A DNA stretch of 64,000 nt from Balanoglossus misakiensis (lineage: Eukaryota; Animalia; Hemichordata), in NCBI GenBank assembly GCA_040954595.2, contig CM082598.2, forward strand, positions 1,922,001 through 1,986,000. The letters are read 5' to 3'. Numbering within the stretch: the stretch's first letter is position 1; each line of letters begins with the position of its first letter. Shown here one piece after another: positions 40,062 through 52,600 of the stretch. A program made the position numbers and the translations under genes. The notes under the pieces are model-generated. The model saw only the letters and a program-made list of their open reading frames with translations, did no database searches and was not told the origin of the DNA.

Positions 40062-42150
40062 TGCTAAGTATTACCCCTATAATTAATCTAAGTTTCATAT
40101 AATTATGCTAAGTGGTTGCCCCCCACTACAATAAATCTAAGTATTACCCCCTATGATTAATCTAAGTTTCATATAATTATGCTAAGTGGTTGCCCCCCAC
40201 TACAATAAATCTAAGTATCATATAATTATGCTAAGTGGTTGCCCCCCACTACAATAAATCTAAGTATTACCCCCTATGATTAATCTAAGTTTCATACACC
40301 TATACTAAGTGGTTGCCCCCACTACAATAAATCTAAGTTTCATATGATTATGCTAAGTATTACCCCCTATGATTAATCTAAGTTTCATACACCTATGCTA
40401 AGTGGTTGCCCCCCACTACAATAAATCTAAGTTTCATATGATTATGCTAAGTGGTTGCCCCCCACTAAAATAAATCTAAGTTTCATATGATTATGCTAAG
40501 TGGTTCCCCCCACTACAATAAATCTAAGTTTCATATAATTATGCTAAGTGGTTGCCCCCACTAAAATAAATCTAAGTTTCATATGATTATGTTAAGTATT
40601 ACCCCCTATGATTAATCTAAGTTTCATACACCTATGCTAAGTGGTTGCCCCCCACTACAATAAATCTAAGTTTCATATGATTATGCTAAGTAGTTGCCCC
40701 TATGATTAATCTAAGTTTCATACACCTATGCTAAGTAGTTGCCCCCCACTAAAATAAATCTAAGTTTCATATGATTATGCTAAGTAGTTGCCCCCCACTA
40801 AAATAAATCTAAGTTTCATATGATTATGCTAAGTAGTTGCCCCCCACTAAAATAAATCTAAGTTTCATATGATTATGCTAAGTAGTTGCCCCCCACTAAA
40901 ATAAATCTAAGTTTCATACACCTATGCTAAGTGGTTGCCCCCCACTAAAATAAATCTAAGTTTCATACACCTATGCTAAGTGGTTGCCCCCCACTAAAAT
41001 AAATCTAAGTTTCATATGATTATGCTAAGTGGTTCCCCCCACTACAATAAATCTAAGTTTCATATGATTATGCTAAGTGGTTGCCCCCACTAAAATAAAT
41101 CTAAGTTTCATACACCTATGCTAAGTAGTTGCCCCCACTAAAATAAATCTAAGTTTCATATGATTATGTTAAGTATTACCCCCTATGATTAATCTAAGTT
41201 TCATACACCTATGCTAAGTGGTTGCCCCCCACTACAATAAATCTAAGTTTCATATGATTATGCTAAGTAGTTGCCCCTATGATTAATCTAAGTTTCATAT
41301 GATTATGCTAAGTAGTTGCCCCCCACTAAAATAAATCTAAGTTTCATACACCTATGCTAAGTGGTTGCCCCCCACTAAAATAAATCTAAGTTTCATATGA
41401 TTATGCTAAGTAGTTGCCCCCCACTAAAATAAATCTAAGTTTCATACACCTATGCTAAGTGGTTGCCCCCCACTAAAATAAATCTAAGTTTCATATGATT
41501 ATGCTAAGTAGTTGCCCCCCACTAAAATAAATCTAAGTTTCATACACCTATGCTAAGTGGTTGCCCCCCACTAAAATAAATCTAAGTTTCATATGATTAT
41601 GCTAAGTAGTTGCCCCCACTAAAATAAATCTAAGTTTCATACACCTATGCTAAGTGGTTGCCCCCCACTAAAATAAATCTAAGTTTCATATGATTATGCT
41701 AAGTAGTTGCCCCCACTAAAATAAATCTAAGTTTCATACACCTATGCTAAGTGGTTGCCCCCCACTACAATAAATCTAAGTTTCATATGATTATGCTAAG
41801 TAGTTGCCCCCACTAAAATAAATCTAAGTTTCATACACCTATGCTAAGTGGTTGCCCCCCACTACAATAAATCTAAGTTTCATATGATTATGTTAAGTAT
41901 TACCCCCTATGATTAATCTAAGTTTCATACACCTATGCTAAGTGGTTGCCCCCCACTACAATAAATCTAAGTTTCATATGATTATGCTAAGTAGTTGCCC
42001 CCACTAAAATAAATCTAAGTTTCATACACCTATGCTAAGTGGTTGCCCCCACTAAAATAAATCTAAGTTTCATATGATTATGTTAAGTATTACCCCCTAT
42101 GATTAATCTAAGTTTCATACACCTATGCTAAGTGGTTGCCCCCCTATGAT
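40062..42150. repeat. ~48-49 bp minisatellite with interspersed variant units
   Basis: ATGCTAAGT(G/A)GTTGCCCCCCACTA(A/C)AATAAATCTAAGTTTCATA(TGATT/CACCT). Confidence 0.97.
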
Positions 42151-42960
42151 GTTTACAATAATTACGCTATCATTCAGGGATTAAATAACCTAGTTTATTA
42201 AAGATGTACGAAGTTTAAAACATTGACTCAAAATTGACGATTACTGAAGTATTCGGAACGAGACAGCCAATTGTCTCAAATTTGAAATTCAAAATGGCCG
42301 CCAAAATTTGTGTTAATTATGGAGAGTTCAACACTATCAGTCATTTCTCTACTAATTTCTTCTGATTATAAACTACAATTACACATAATGAAAGTTTACA
42401 ATAAATATGCTATAATTCAGGGATTAAATAACCTAGTTTATTAAAGATGTATTAAGTTTAAAAATTTGACTAAAAATTGAGGATTACTGGTAAATTTTGA
42501 ACGAGACAGCCAATTGTCTCAAATTTGAAATTCAAAATGGCCGCCAAAATTTGTGTTAATTATGGAGAGTTCAACACTATCAGTCAATTTTCTACTAATT
42601 TCTTCTCAGTATAAACTACAATTACACATAATGAATGTTTACAATAATTATGCTATCATTCAGCGATTAAATAACCTAGTTTATTAAAGATTTACGAAGT
42701 TTGAGAATTACTGAAAAAATTTTAACGACACTCAAAATGGCCGCCAAAATTTGTATTCATTATGGAGAGTTCAACACTATCAGTCATTTTTCTACTAATT
42801 TCTTCTGACTATAAACTACAATTACACATAATGAAAGTTTACAATAAATATGCTATCATTCAGGGATTAAATAACCTAGTTTAAGAATTTGACTAAAAAT
42901 TGAGGATTACTGCTAAATTTGAAATTCTAAATGGCCCCCCAAAATTTGTGTTAATTATGA
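42151..42960. repeat. ~243 bp tandem repeat, ~3.5 copies
   Basis: GTTTACAATAA...ATTAAATAACCTAGTTTA at about 42151, 42394, 42637 and 42837; each unit carries an AAAATGGCCGCC-type motif. Confidence 0.9.
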
Positions 42961-44221
42961 AGAGCCCAATATAAGCTGGCTATCCAGACAACCTGCAACA
43001 GCCACAGACATCATTATCTCTGACCCCTGGGGATGGTCTAATATAAGACCATACACCAAGACTGTTGCCTCATGTGGTTATCCAGACAACCTCACAATAA
43101 TCTAATAAATGACCCTGGCCCAAAATAAGATGCCTATCCAGACAACCTCACAATAATCTAATAAATGACCCTGGCTATTCTCGCACACAACCAATAAAGT
43201 ACATGTACCACATTGTTACACATTTTTCCACCAGATTGATTTTATTTGTGATTCTTGATATCATAGCAAGGTCAAAAAGAGCAACATTTTGCAATATCTT
43301 TGGGTTGTCCTGTCCATTGCAACTGTTCGGATGAACACATCTCGATGTGGGAGACTAACCTCCACTGGCTACTCTTATGGCAAGACAATTATTTCGCGAA
43401 GTCATCTGCATACTTTTAATCGACGAGTCAATATCAATCAAAGGACACTTTATGACCGTAAATCAAAAGGGCTTGTCCTGAGCAACTTTTTTGATGTTGC
43501 CCTGAATAATATGGACAACTGCCCCAACAAACATATCAGAAAATTATCATTCAAGCAAGTCAACATGAACACGATTGTCTGCCATCAATGCATCTGACTG
43601 ACTGATCTTATTGAGTAAATGAAATGAGTAACGTACCTTGACTGCTCCATTGAAGACTGCCGTCATCTTTTCTTAACAATTATGGTAAAGTGCTGCATCC
43701 ATAACCATCTAAATAAAGTACAGGGAAAATAAAAATAAATTTCAGATTGACATATACAATTACACCACTAAAATGACAAGAATTCGAGTTGCATTTGTGA
43801 ATTTAGACATACATATAATAGTCTATAGAAATTGGCACATTAGAAAAAAGGAAATTGACACCATGACAATGTTTTGATGATTCCAACATAGTACACACAA
43901 GAATTTCTTTCATAGCACTTTACAGTGCAGTTAGCGAAAATACGTTTGCACTCACAAAATAGGTTAATCGGCTAATAAAACACAATTTGTTTCTTGTATT
44001 AGAAAATTCATTGAGTTCGAATATGATTAAAAAACAAACAGAAATCGAAGCGCTGTTGTTTCAGATGGAACAGACAATCACGTGTAGTGCCTCACGCGGG
44101 AGCCCTGGAAAACTCTGCAAATATTTAGCGCATCAAACGAACCTGATAACACATTCACGCCACTAAGTTTGTCTCCTTACCGAATGAATTTATAGGGGTC
44201 GAAGTGACTAGAAACCAGGAC

Positions 44222-44731
44222 AATGAACAATGGCAGCCCTGAATTGCTCAAGAACAGGTGTCACGTTCTACGGTTGCCATTTTGCATGGCAGATATTCTT
44301 TCTTTCGGAGAAACAAACTTCATTTTCCGTAAACAATGTTTCGAAACTGCGTGGTTGTCGCTGGGCGACAATTTTTTACTGTCAACCGAGCGGCGCGGCA
44401 TTCACACCGTGCACGCCAAACTGAAGTCGCGTGTCCCGAACAATGAACAATGGCTGCCCTGGATTGCTCAAGAACAGGTGTCACGTTCTACGGTCAACCG
44501 AGCGGCGCGGCGTGCACGCCAAACTGAAGTCGCGTGTCCCGAACAATGGCTGCCCTGGATTGCTCAAGAACAGGTGTCACGTTCTACGGTTGCCATTTTG
44601 CATGGCAGATATTCTTTCTTTCGGAGAAACAAACTTCATTTTCCGTATAACAATGTTTCGAAACTGCGTGGTTGTCGCCAATTTTTGGTGTCAACCGAGC
44701 GGCATTCACACCGCGCACGCCAAACTGAAGT
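44222..44731. repeat. GC-rich nested tandem duplications (3 partial copies)
   Basis: GAACAATGGC.GCCCTG.ATTGCTCAAGAACAGGTGTCACGTTCTACGG at about 44225, 44445 and 44541. Confidence 0.9.
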
Positions 44732-45241
44732 CGAACACGACAATGCTTGTGGACACGTGGACACGTTTCTGCGGGACTTGCACACATAATTCTGTTCAGA
44801 ATGACAAAAAAAAGTCATGGCTTACCTCAAATACACTGCAACAATATCTTCAGCGAACAGCAAACACAGTGTGGAAAATGGGGAAGGTAAATTTGAGTTT
44901 TTTGACTGGGAAAATCAGAGCAAACGTGGACATGACTGCATCGGCGTGCACTCCCAGATAAACTGACGATGCGCAGCTCCAGGAGCCCGTGGCGCTTCTA
45001 TCAATAACCAAATTTGCTTGGACAGACCGACCATTCACAGACTAGATAGTACACAGCATTTAAATAAATAAATATGTAAATATAGCGCCCTCACACGACT
45101 GACTTTTTCAGTCTACCAATGAAATGAGAGCTCCAGCAATCACCCGTATAATCCAATCAGGACAAAAATAATTAATTATGACAACTGCTACAAGATTGAT
45201 TGTTCTGAAGCCGGGAAAATATGATATGACAGAAACATCGG

Positions 45242-45376
45242 GTTTGAAACTAGATAATGTACTGATCCCCTTCTGCAAAACCATCCAATTTGAAACTAGA
45301 TAATGTACTGATCCCCTTCTGCAAAACCATCCAGTTTGAAAATAGATAATGTATCGATCCCCTTCTGCAAAACCAA
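45242..45376. repeat. ~46 bp tandem repeat, 3 copies
   Basis: TTTGAAACTAGATAATGTACTGATCCCCTTCTGCAAAACCA. Confidence 0.9.
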
Positions 45377-47244
45377 TCAGTCTTCTCATGTCTGATTTAG
45401 ACAGGGTTTACAATACACACAGACACAGAACAAATATACACAGACATCTTTTCTGCAATAAGGATAATATCATGTAAGTTTTACGTTTTAATGGTGATTT
45501 GTAAAATACAATGGTCAACATAAAGTCAATGAAACTGAGAATATACTGCCTTTAAGGCTTATTACATGTTCTTACCAGCTATGACGTAAATATCAATTTT
45601 TCATACCTGTATTCGGTTGATAGGAGGCATTGACTGTGGTATATATGTCACAAGGAATATTACATCTTTCCAGGGTGGTGTAATTAACATCTGAAAAATC
45701 TTTAACAAAGATTCGACATTAATAATGTGTGACCTATCAATGTTATAGGGCTGGGGCACTCTATAAACTATAAACTACTGGAGGGGGGAGGGTACACGGA
45801 ATACAGGAATGAAGAAATGCTTCACAAGAAAAAAAATAAGACAATACATTGATTACAGCCACTATACAGAACGCCTTGGGCACAAAATACCATATAAAGC
45901 AAAATTTATATTCTACCAAAAATGCTGAAGGCTTTCCCAGTGTAAAAATTATCTATCACAAAAATGCATTTTTAAAAAGAATTACATGATAACCAAGCCA
46001 AATGATGTCTGTACATAGTACATCAATGAAACTAGTTTTGTATAATGGTATGGTTATAGAGATTTATATAAATGCTAAATGAATAAAACCTGGAAAATTA
46101 ATGACTTTCAAACTAAAATAGGAAGATCAGAACCGAGGTTTGGGTACCAACGTCTCGGTTGGTTTTGAAGCACATATCACAAATTACAATGGCTTTTCTA
46201 ATCAAACAACACCCTCCCTACCTTGATGAAATAATATACTACATCATAACACTACTAGCTATATGACAGCAGACGGGCGGGTACAGTAACCATATTTGCC
46301 AAGCAGCACACTAAATGGACAGCATGTTTGTACCATCTGCCTGGTGGTACTTTTACCAATAATTCAATTATTACTAGTGATAACCAAAACAAGATATTTG
46401 TAAACACTATAAAACTCAAAAAAAATTATTAGTAGTCATTAATATGTCTATCAAACAAATTTCCAAGCCTTTTCATAAAAAGTCACTTCCATTTGATGGA
46501 AAAAGACCGCAAAGTTTTGGAAATTACAAGGCTATGCTGTGCATGCAACTTCATATATATATAATAAATTTTGTTCACATCAATTTTTTTTTTTGCATTT
46601 TCTTTCTTGATTTTGTTATTTGAAATCAATTCAAATCAAAACTTTTTTTCACATAATTAGTCCTAATATACCTGCAACTAAATTATTTATATTACCAGCC
46701 CATTGCTGCTTTGCTTTTTGTATCGCTGATAATACAACCACTGAGTAGTTCATATTCTGTTATTCGAGGGGTGGGGGAGAGAGACAATTGAAAAACCATT
46801 CTAAAAATGAACCCTGCCTAATCTGGACAACTGCCTAAACAGGAAATCCTTCCTAGTATCATTTCTGTAAAACTGTTTGAAATTATTTCTGTCTCATGTG
46901 AGAAATATTTTACTTCTGACTGAAAACATACTAAATTATTTCTCGTCAGATCATAACTCTTATTTTGCTTGTACACAAAACGAAAATACTTCAAGTAGAC
47001 ATGTTATGGCACACACTCAAGATTTCTCATCAATTGAACATTGCAATAACAGTCTGACTTCCTTTACGAGTAGGCCATATCGGCTAGCCCATCACTTGGG
47101 ACAGTTTACCTAGCAGAATAGTAACAGTACTCAAATGAATCTCAATAAGCACTGATGCTGGCAAAATATGAAAGAGCTCTGTCTTTAAAAAAAGCAACCA
47201 GCAGAAATTTGCATGATCTATCACCACTCATGACAAACTCCGAC

Positions 47245-47557
47245 TTAAGATAGAATGTGCCTCAAAAATCCAAGCTTTAAACTTTTCCTGATATTTTGCT
47301 CGTCAACTTTGTATCATCCAATTTTAAAACTGAGAATAAAAATCGGGAGAAGTTTGAATGAGAAAGCAAAATTGTCTCAAATTTGAAATGCAAAATGGCC
47401 ACCAGTCTCTCTGTATGGAGAAAGATGTGATTTTTGTAAAACGGACAGTGAATACCCAGCTTTCGTCTTTCATTTCAAAATGACTCCTCACACTCTTCAA
47501 TACGGCAAAGTATCGCAAGGTTTGGAGAACTATCATCTCAGGCACGTACATCCTTAA
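47245..47557. mobile_element. TTAA-flanked MITE (second Kolobok-like family)
   Basis: Imperfect TIRs TTAAGATAGAATGTGCCTC ... CAGGCACGTACATCCTTAA. Confidence 0.55.
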
Positions 47558-49391
47558 TACACTTCTCTACTCTACAAATCTGAGGTAGAAAAATGACGAA
47601 AAATAGGTCCTCACTACACAATAATAACTGAGGATATTTTTGGGTATGTACATAGCTTGAAGGTCTGGTGAAATATCACAACATGTGTTTCTAATTTGTG
47701 AGAATCATTCTAAATTTGGGCCAACAGAAATTAAAACACCTTTCCTACACTATAAAACCAAAAATCCCTACTGGTCACATGTCATTGAAAATCAACTCAA
47801 ATCAAAGATATGATCTTTTCTCTGGCAAGTTGGTAAACTCTCTCCAACAACCCTACCAGGTCAAGTTATAGGTGAATACATATAACCAGGGCCATACACA
47901 TGGTCAACACTCAAACCGACCAGAAGTTAACATTACCTAAACAGGTGAATATTACTACTATACTTGATAAAGTTCAATCATATCTATTACACATCCACAG
48001 TCAATATTTCTACTTCTCAATCTCATTAAATTATGACATTCAAACCATGCATAGGTTAATCAATTTTGAACCAGTGATCAACATCTTGACAAAATACAGA
48101 TTGTCACTGTTCTGGTTACAAATCAATATTGATCACTGTGCCAGTTTAATTAAAAGTCTATAATCATGACAATTTTAGCTCAAGATTACGGTATCACTCA
48201 CACCTAATGTTGAGCGAACTACAGTTCAATATTATACCACTTTCTGCTCATAATTAATGATAAGGTTAAGACTTTCTCAACTGTCATTCTCTGCAGTAAT
48301 GGTCTGCACTGGCAGCCACACTGTTTATATCAAATACATTCACTTTTAGTACAATTATCTGGGTCTGTGAGCTGTAACATTAGAACTGATGTTTGTCAGA
48401 CTCCATGTATATCCCTCAATGTACTGAACTACAGACCTTCCATTGTGCTTGACTCTAATAAACAATACCTGAATTTGTATGTCTGGAACGCCAAACTGCT
48501 AAAAACTTAGTGCTGTAAATTGTGACTGCCCCCTCTGTTGAAAAATCTTTCATGTTTTCCAAATAAAAAGTAGGTCTTTTTTTGGTGTCAAAAGCATTGA
48601 GGTTTCGTATGTGCAGCACAGCGTAATACAAGACCGGGATATTTTTTTACAAAAATGGTCTCTGCCATCATCCCTGCTATGAATGGTTGCGTCCAACAAG
48701 TCAGAATACATTTAACTCACCTTGGGATTTTGCCTTGACGTTCTTCTAAAAGCATCTTGTTCAAGAAATACAAAAATTAAACCACTGATTCTCTTAACAT
48801 ACCCATTTCGATGAATCCAGGATTCAAAAACACTTTATATCATGATTCACTGCAAACTTGAACATTACTCAATTCCTCATACTCAAAAAACATCACTTGT
48901 GCAACTTTATCAGAAAATGTTACTTTAACATATTCTAAGTGACTGAAAAAATAAGAAAGATTCTTGTGCATTATTTACATGTATGTTAGATAGTTTGAGA
49001 ATAGCTGTTTATAAAAGTTAATATGTTCCAGTTGTGTTAAAATTACATTTGAAACTAATAAAATGCGAAGAAATGTTGTGATTTCCATTGTAGCTGTTTT
49101 GATTACACTGGGTATTAATAACAATGTAGAAGGTTATTGAATGTTGGGTGTTTTAGTCTTTGCTACCACGTGGCTATATTTGCCAGAAGCGATTCACACA
49201 TACGTCCAGCTGAAGCGAGAACTTATCACACTTGCCTGTCAGTCTCTGATAACCAGCTTTGCTTTCATTTCCGAAGACGCACAGATCTGTGTGCATTCAC
49301 ACACCAACCAAAGACAGCAGGGCTTAAAAATACAATTAATAAACAACTTTACGACTAAAAATCATCCTCCAGGGGTTCAAAGTTCACACCT

Positions 49392-49630
49392 CTACTGAAC
49401 GTCCCAAATTTCAGCCAACAGAGGGGGTATCTCCTGATCTTGCAGCTTCAAAGCAAACAGCATTTCCGAGTGACTATTGTTGAGGCTGCGCAATTCAGTC
49501 AGTTTCATCAGAACTTTCGGCAGAACCAGAGTGTCTTTGGGTTTCTTCATCTTCAGCCGTGTTCGCAACATCTCCAGATATTTCTCCTGCACGGCCTCCA
49601 CTTCTTTGCGGTTTGTGACTTGTGCACGAT
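49392..49630 (-). CDS. NR1H: NR1H last exon (LBD C-terminus, AF-2)
   Basis: DRAQVTNR...[10 protein letters not shown]...[14 protein letters not shown]. Confidence 0.95.
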
Positions 49631-52600
49631 CTGAAAGAAATAAAAGGACAACATAGTTCAGTGTTAGAGCATCAGATTCGTGTTCATAGGATCGAGGGTT
49701 CAAGCCCGGATTGGTTGTCGTGTTGTGTCCTTTGGCAAGGCACTTTACTTCTCATTGCTTCTCCCAATCCAGGAGTAATGGGCACTTGGTAGGGCAGAGT
49801 TTGCAATGTGTGTGTTTAGCTCTGCTGTGCTGACAATAACGGCTGACTTCCACCTGCACATTGCAGGTGCTCATAACATAACTAACCTGCAGAGAAGATG
49901 ACAATGGCCATCAAGAGTGTGTAGTCTTCATAGTCCAGGTCTAGATCCACCATGCTTCTTGAGAACTCGTACATCGGGTCGACAATATCTCCGATGCCAC
50001 CGTTACACAGCTTAGTCCTGGTGTACGGAAGACCATTCCCAAATATGATGGCATCATCCTCACGTATATACCTCATTGCTGCTCGTAATAACAGCACTTC
50101 AATAGCAGAGCCCTGCACATTTAAAAAAAATGTAAAACTCTCAGTAAGTGAGCTCTTGAGGTAGTTTCAAAAGTGATCTTATTAATCAACAGTGTTTGAA
50201 GATATTGTGTGGAGTTGTATTTTTTAACTACAGTCAAACCTGTGTTAGTGGCCACCTCGATATATTGGCCACTTTGTTACAGTCCCTGTGCAAGTCATAT
50301 GTGCATTAATTGACCTGTCTATAAACGCCACTTGTTCATAAAGGCTGGTTTAGGAAAGTCCCTTCACTGGCCACTATAGACAGATTCAACTCAAACATGA
50401 ATCAAATTAATAGAATATGAGCCTCACTTCTAAGGGTATAAGGACCTTTTTCAAATTTATGTACAATATGCAATCTTGCTCCATCTCTCGTATAAGTTTC
50501 AGAAATAATCTTTTTACCTTGAGCAGGACAATCTGATCTTCTCGACAGAGGTCCAAAAAGCCTGGTAGCTTCTTGCTAAACTCAACCACAAGTTGTACAG
50601 TCAAGATGGTTAATTCCGTGATGTGGGCAAATCTGCAATGAAGCTTTTCGGCTTCTGGTGTTACAGTGTCTGCATCATCCGGCCAAGGCTGTAAATGATC
50701 GCAAAAAAAAACAAAAACTTCAAGAATCGTTGATGAGAGTAAAAAAAACACATACCTGTTAAAGTCATTTTATAAGACGCACCTTTTTTGAGTGACAGTG
50801 TGTGCCGAAAAGGGGGTGCGACTTATAATACCGATGTTCTCTTGTATCCATTTTCTATAAATCTCCTCCAACAAGTCTTTCAAAGAAGGGGTGCGACTTA
50901 TAATACCACCGTGACTTATAAGATGACTTTAACGGTAGATAGGGAAAATAGTTGCCATCTCTGATAAGTTCCATTCTACAGAAACCAAATATAACTCCCT
51001 GGCAACAAATACAAAATGCGTGGTTTGGATTCCTCTGTAATTGACAAAAGCCCAGCATTGAGCGTATCAACACAACCTATATGTGCATACTAGTCAGCAT
51101 TGCTATTGTGCAAAATTTGAATTCAAGTCCGGACTAGAATTCATGTGTCAACAATAACAATGATCGGTACACACATACAGGCTACATATATGTATGTTGA
51201 CAAATGGAGTACTGTGTATATTATCATTCTGTTTGGCGTAGAACAAGATAATTACATATGATACACTGAACAAAAATGCTGAAAATAACCCCAAAAAGTT
51301 ACAGCTAAGGTCCCTTTAACAAACTTCTCTGCATACCGTAACTTTCTTGATGTCGTCTGGTCCAGGGATTTCCAGCTCTCTCTGCGCCTGGACGATTTTC
51401 TCGATGATTTCTTTCTGTTCGTCTGCAAGTTCTATAACCTCGCCGTCTTCCATGACAACACTTTGCTGTGGTTGCTGTGGCGGGGTGATGCTCTGAGTGT
51501 GGTGTTGTTTCAACATCTTTCTCTGGCGTTTGGATTTACATTGTTCCTCCGTCAGAAGACCTGAACGACATCACAGTATGGAATCACGTCAGAGATCACA
51601 ACAGGCCACTTTCATTACTACTATGTTTTGTAAGATTACTGTCCTCCAAACATCCACATACATTATTAACTCTGATTCAGATTGAGGAAGACCTCACTGC
51701 AGTTACAGTAGACTCAATGTCTTGCATTAGCCCCTTATATTTCTGCAAGTGTTTAATTGATATGTGTTGTATGTCACTTTACATCCTGGCATTTTGATGG
51801 CACAAGTTGACCATTTCATATTCAAACTCTGGAACAGTCGACCGACAATTCATATGATTTGTGAAATCTAGTCTGTGAATCTGTCTGTTACAATAAAGAG
51901 AATGTTGTTTGTAACGTCAAACGATGTTATCCATGAATCATGAAATTGGCTGTTCATACAACACAGATCAAAGGTTCTTTTCTGAGTTGGACTTACATTC
52001 CGGAAGCATTCCGACTTCTCGGCATTTCCTCAGCCTACATTCTTGGCACTTTCTCCTCATGTACATGTCCATCTCGCAGTTCCCGCCTCGCGTGCATTTG
52101 TACACGGCATTCTTTGTGACACTCCGCCGGAAAAAACCTGTTGAGGAACACATCATGAAATTAAAGAAAATTAGCTATCCTAGAATTAATATTATACAGT
52201 AAAACCTGTCTAAACCGAATGCCAAAGCGACTACAAAAATTGTTTGGTTTGCAGGTGTTTGGTTCAGGTTCTTTCAACACGTGGTTCCATGTCAAGGGGA
52301 CAGGGAAAATGTGTTCGGTATAGATAGATTTTTTACAGTAGTCAAACCTCACTATAGTGGCCAGTCAAGGGACTTTCCTAAACTGGCCTTCATAGAGAGG
52401 TGACCTTTATGTGAATTGCACAGGGACTGTAACAAAGTGGCCACTATATAGAGGTGACCGCCATAAAGGGGTGGCCACTAACAGGGATTTGACTGTGTGT
52501 ACTACACGTAGCTACACTGAAATACAGTCAAACCTGTGTTAATGGCTACCTCTATAACATGGAAACTTGTCTATATTGGCCACTTTGTTACAGTCCCTGT

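Noticed and set aside
40062-42150. CRISPR-like appearance of regular repeats
   Set aside because: Units are contiguous with no unique spacers, there are no cas genes, and the context is eukaryotic.
44223-44961. 188-aa and 176-aa plus-strand ORFs
   Set aside because: They overlap nested duplications that shift frame between copies; no recognisable domain.
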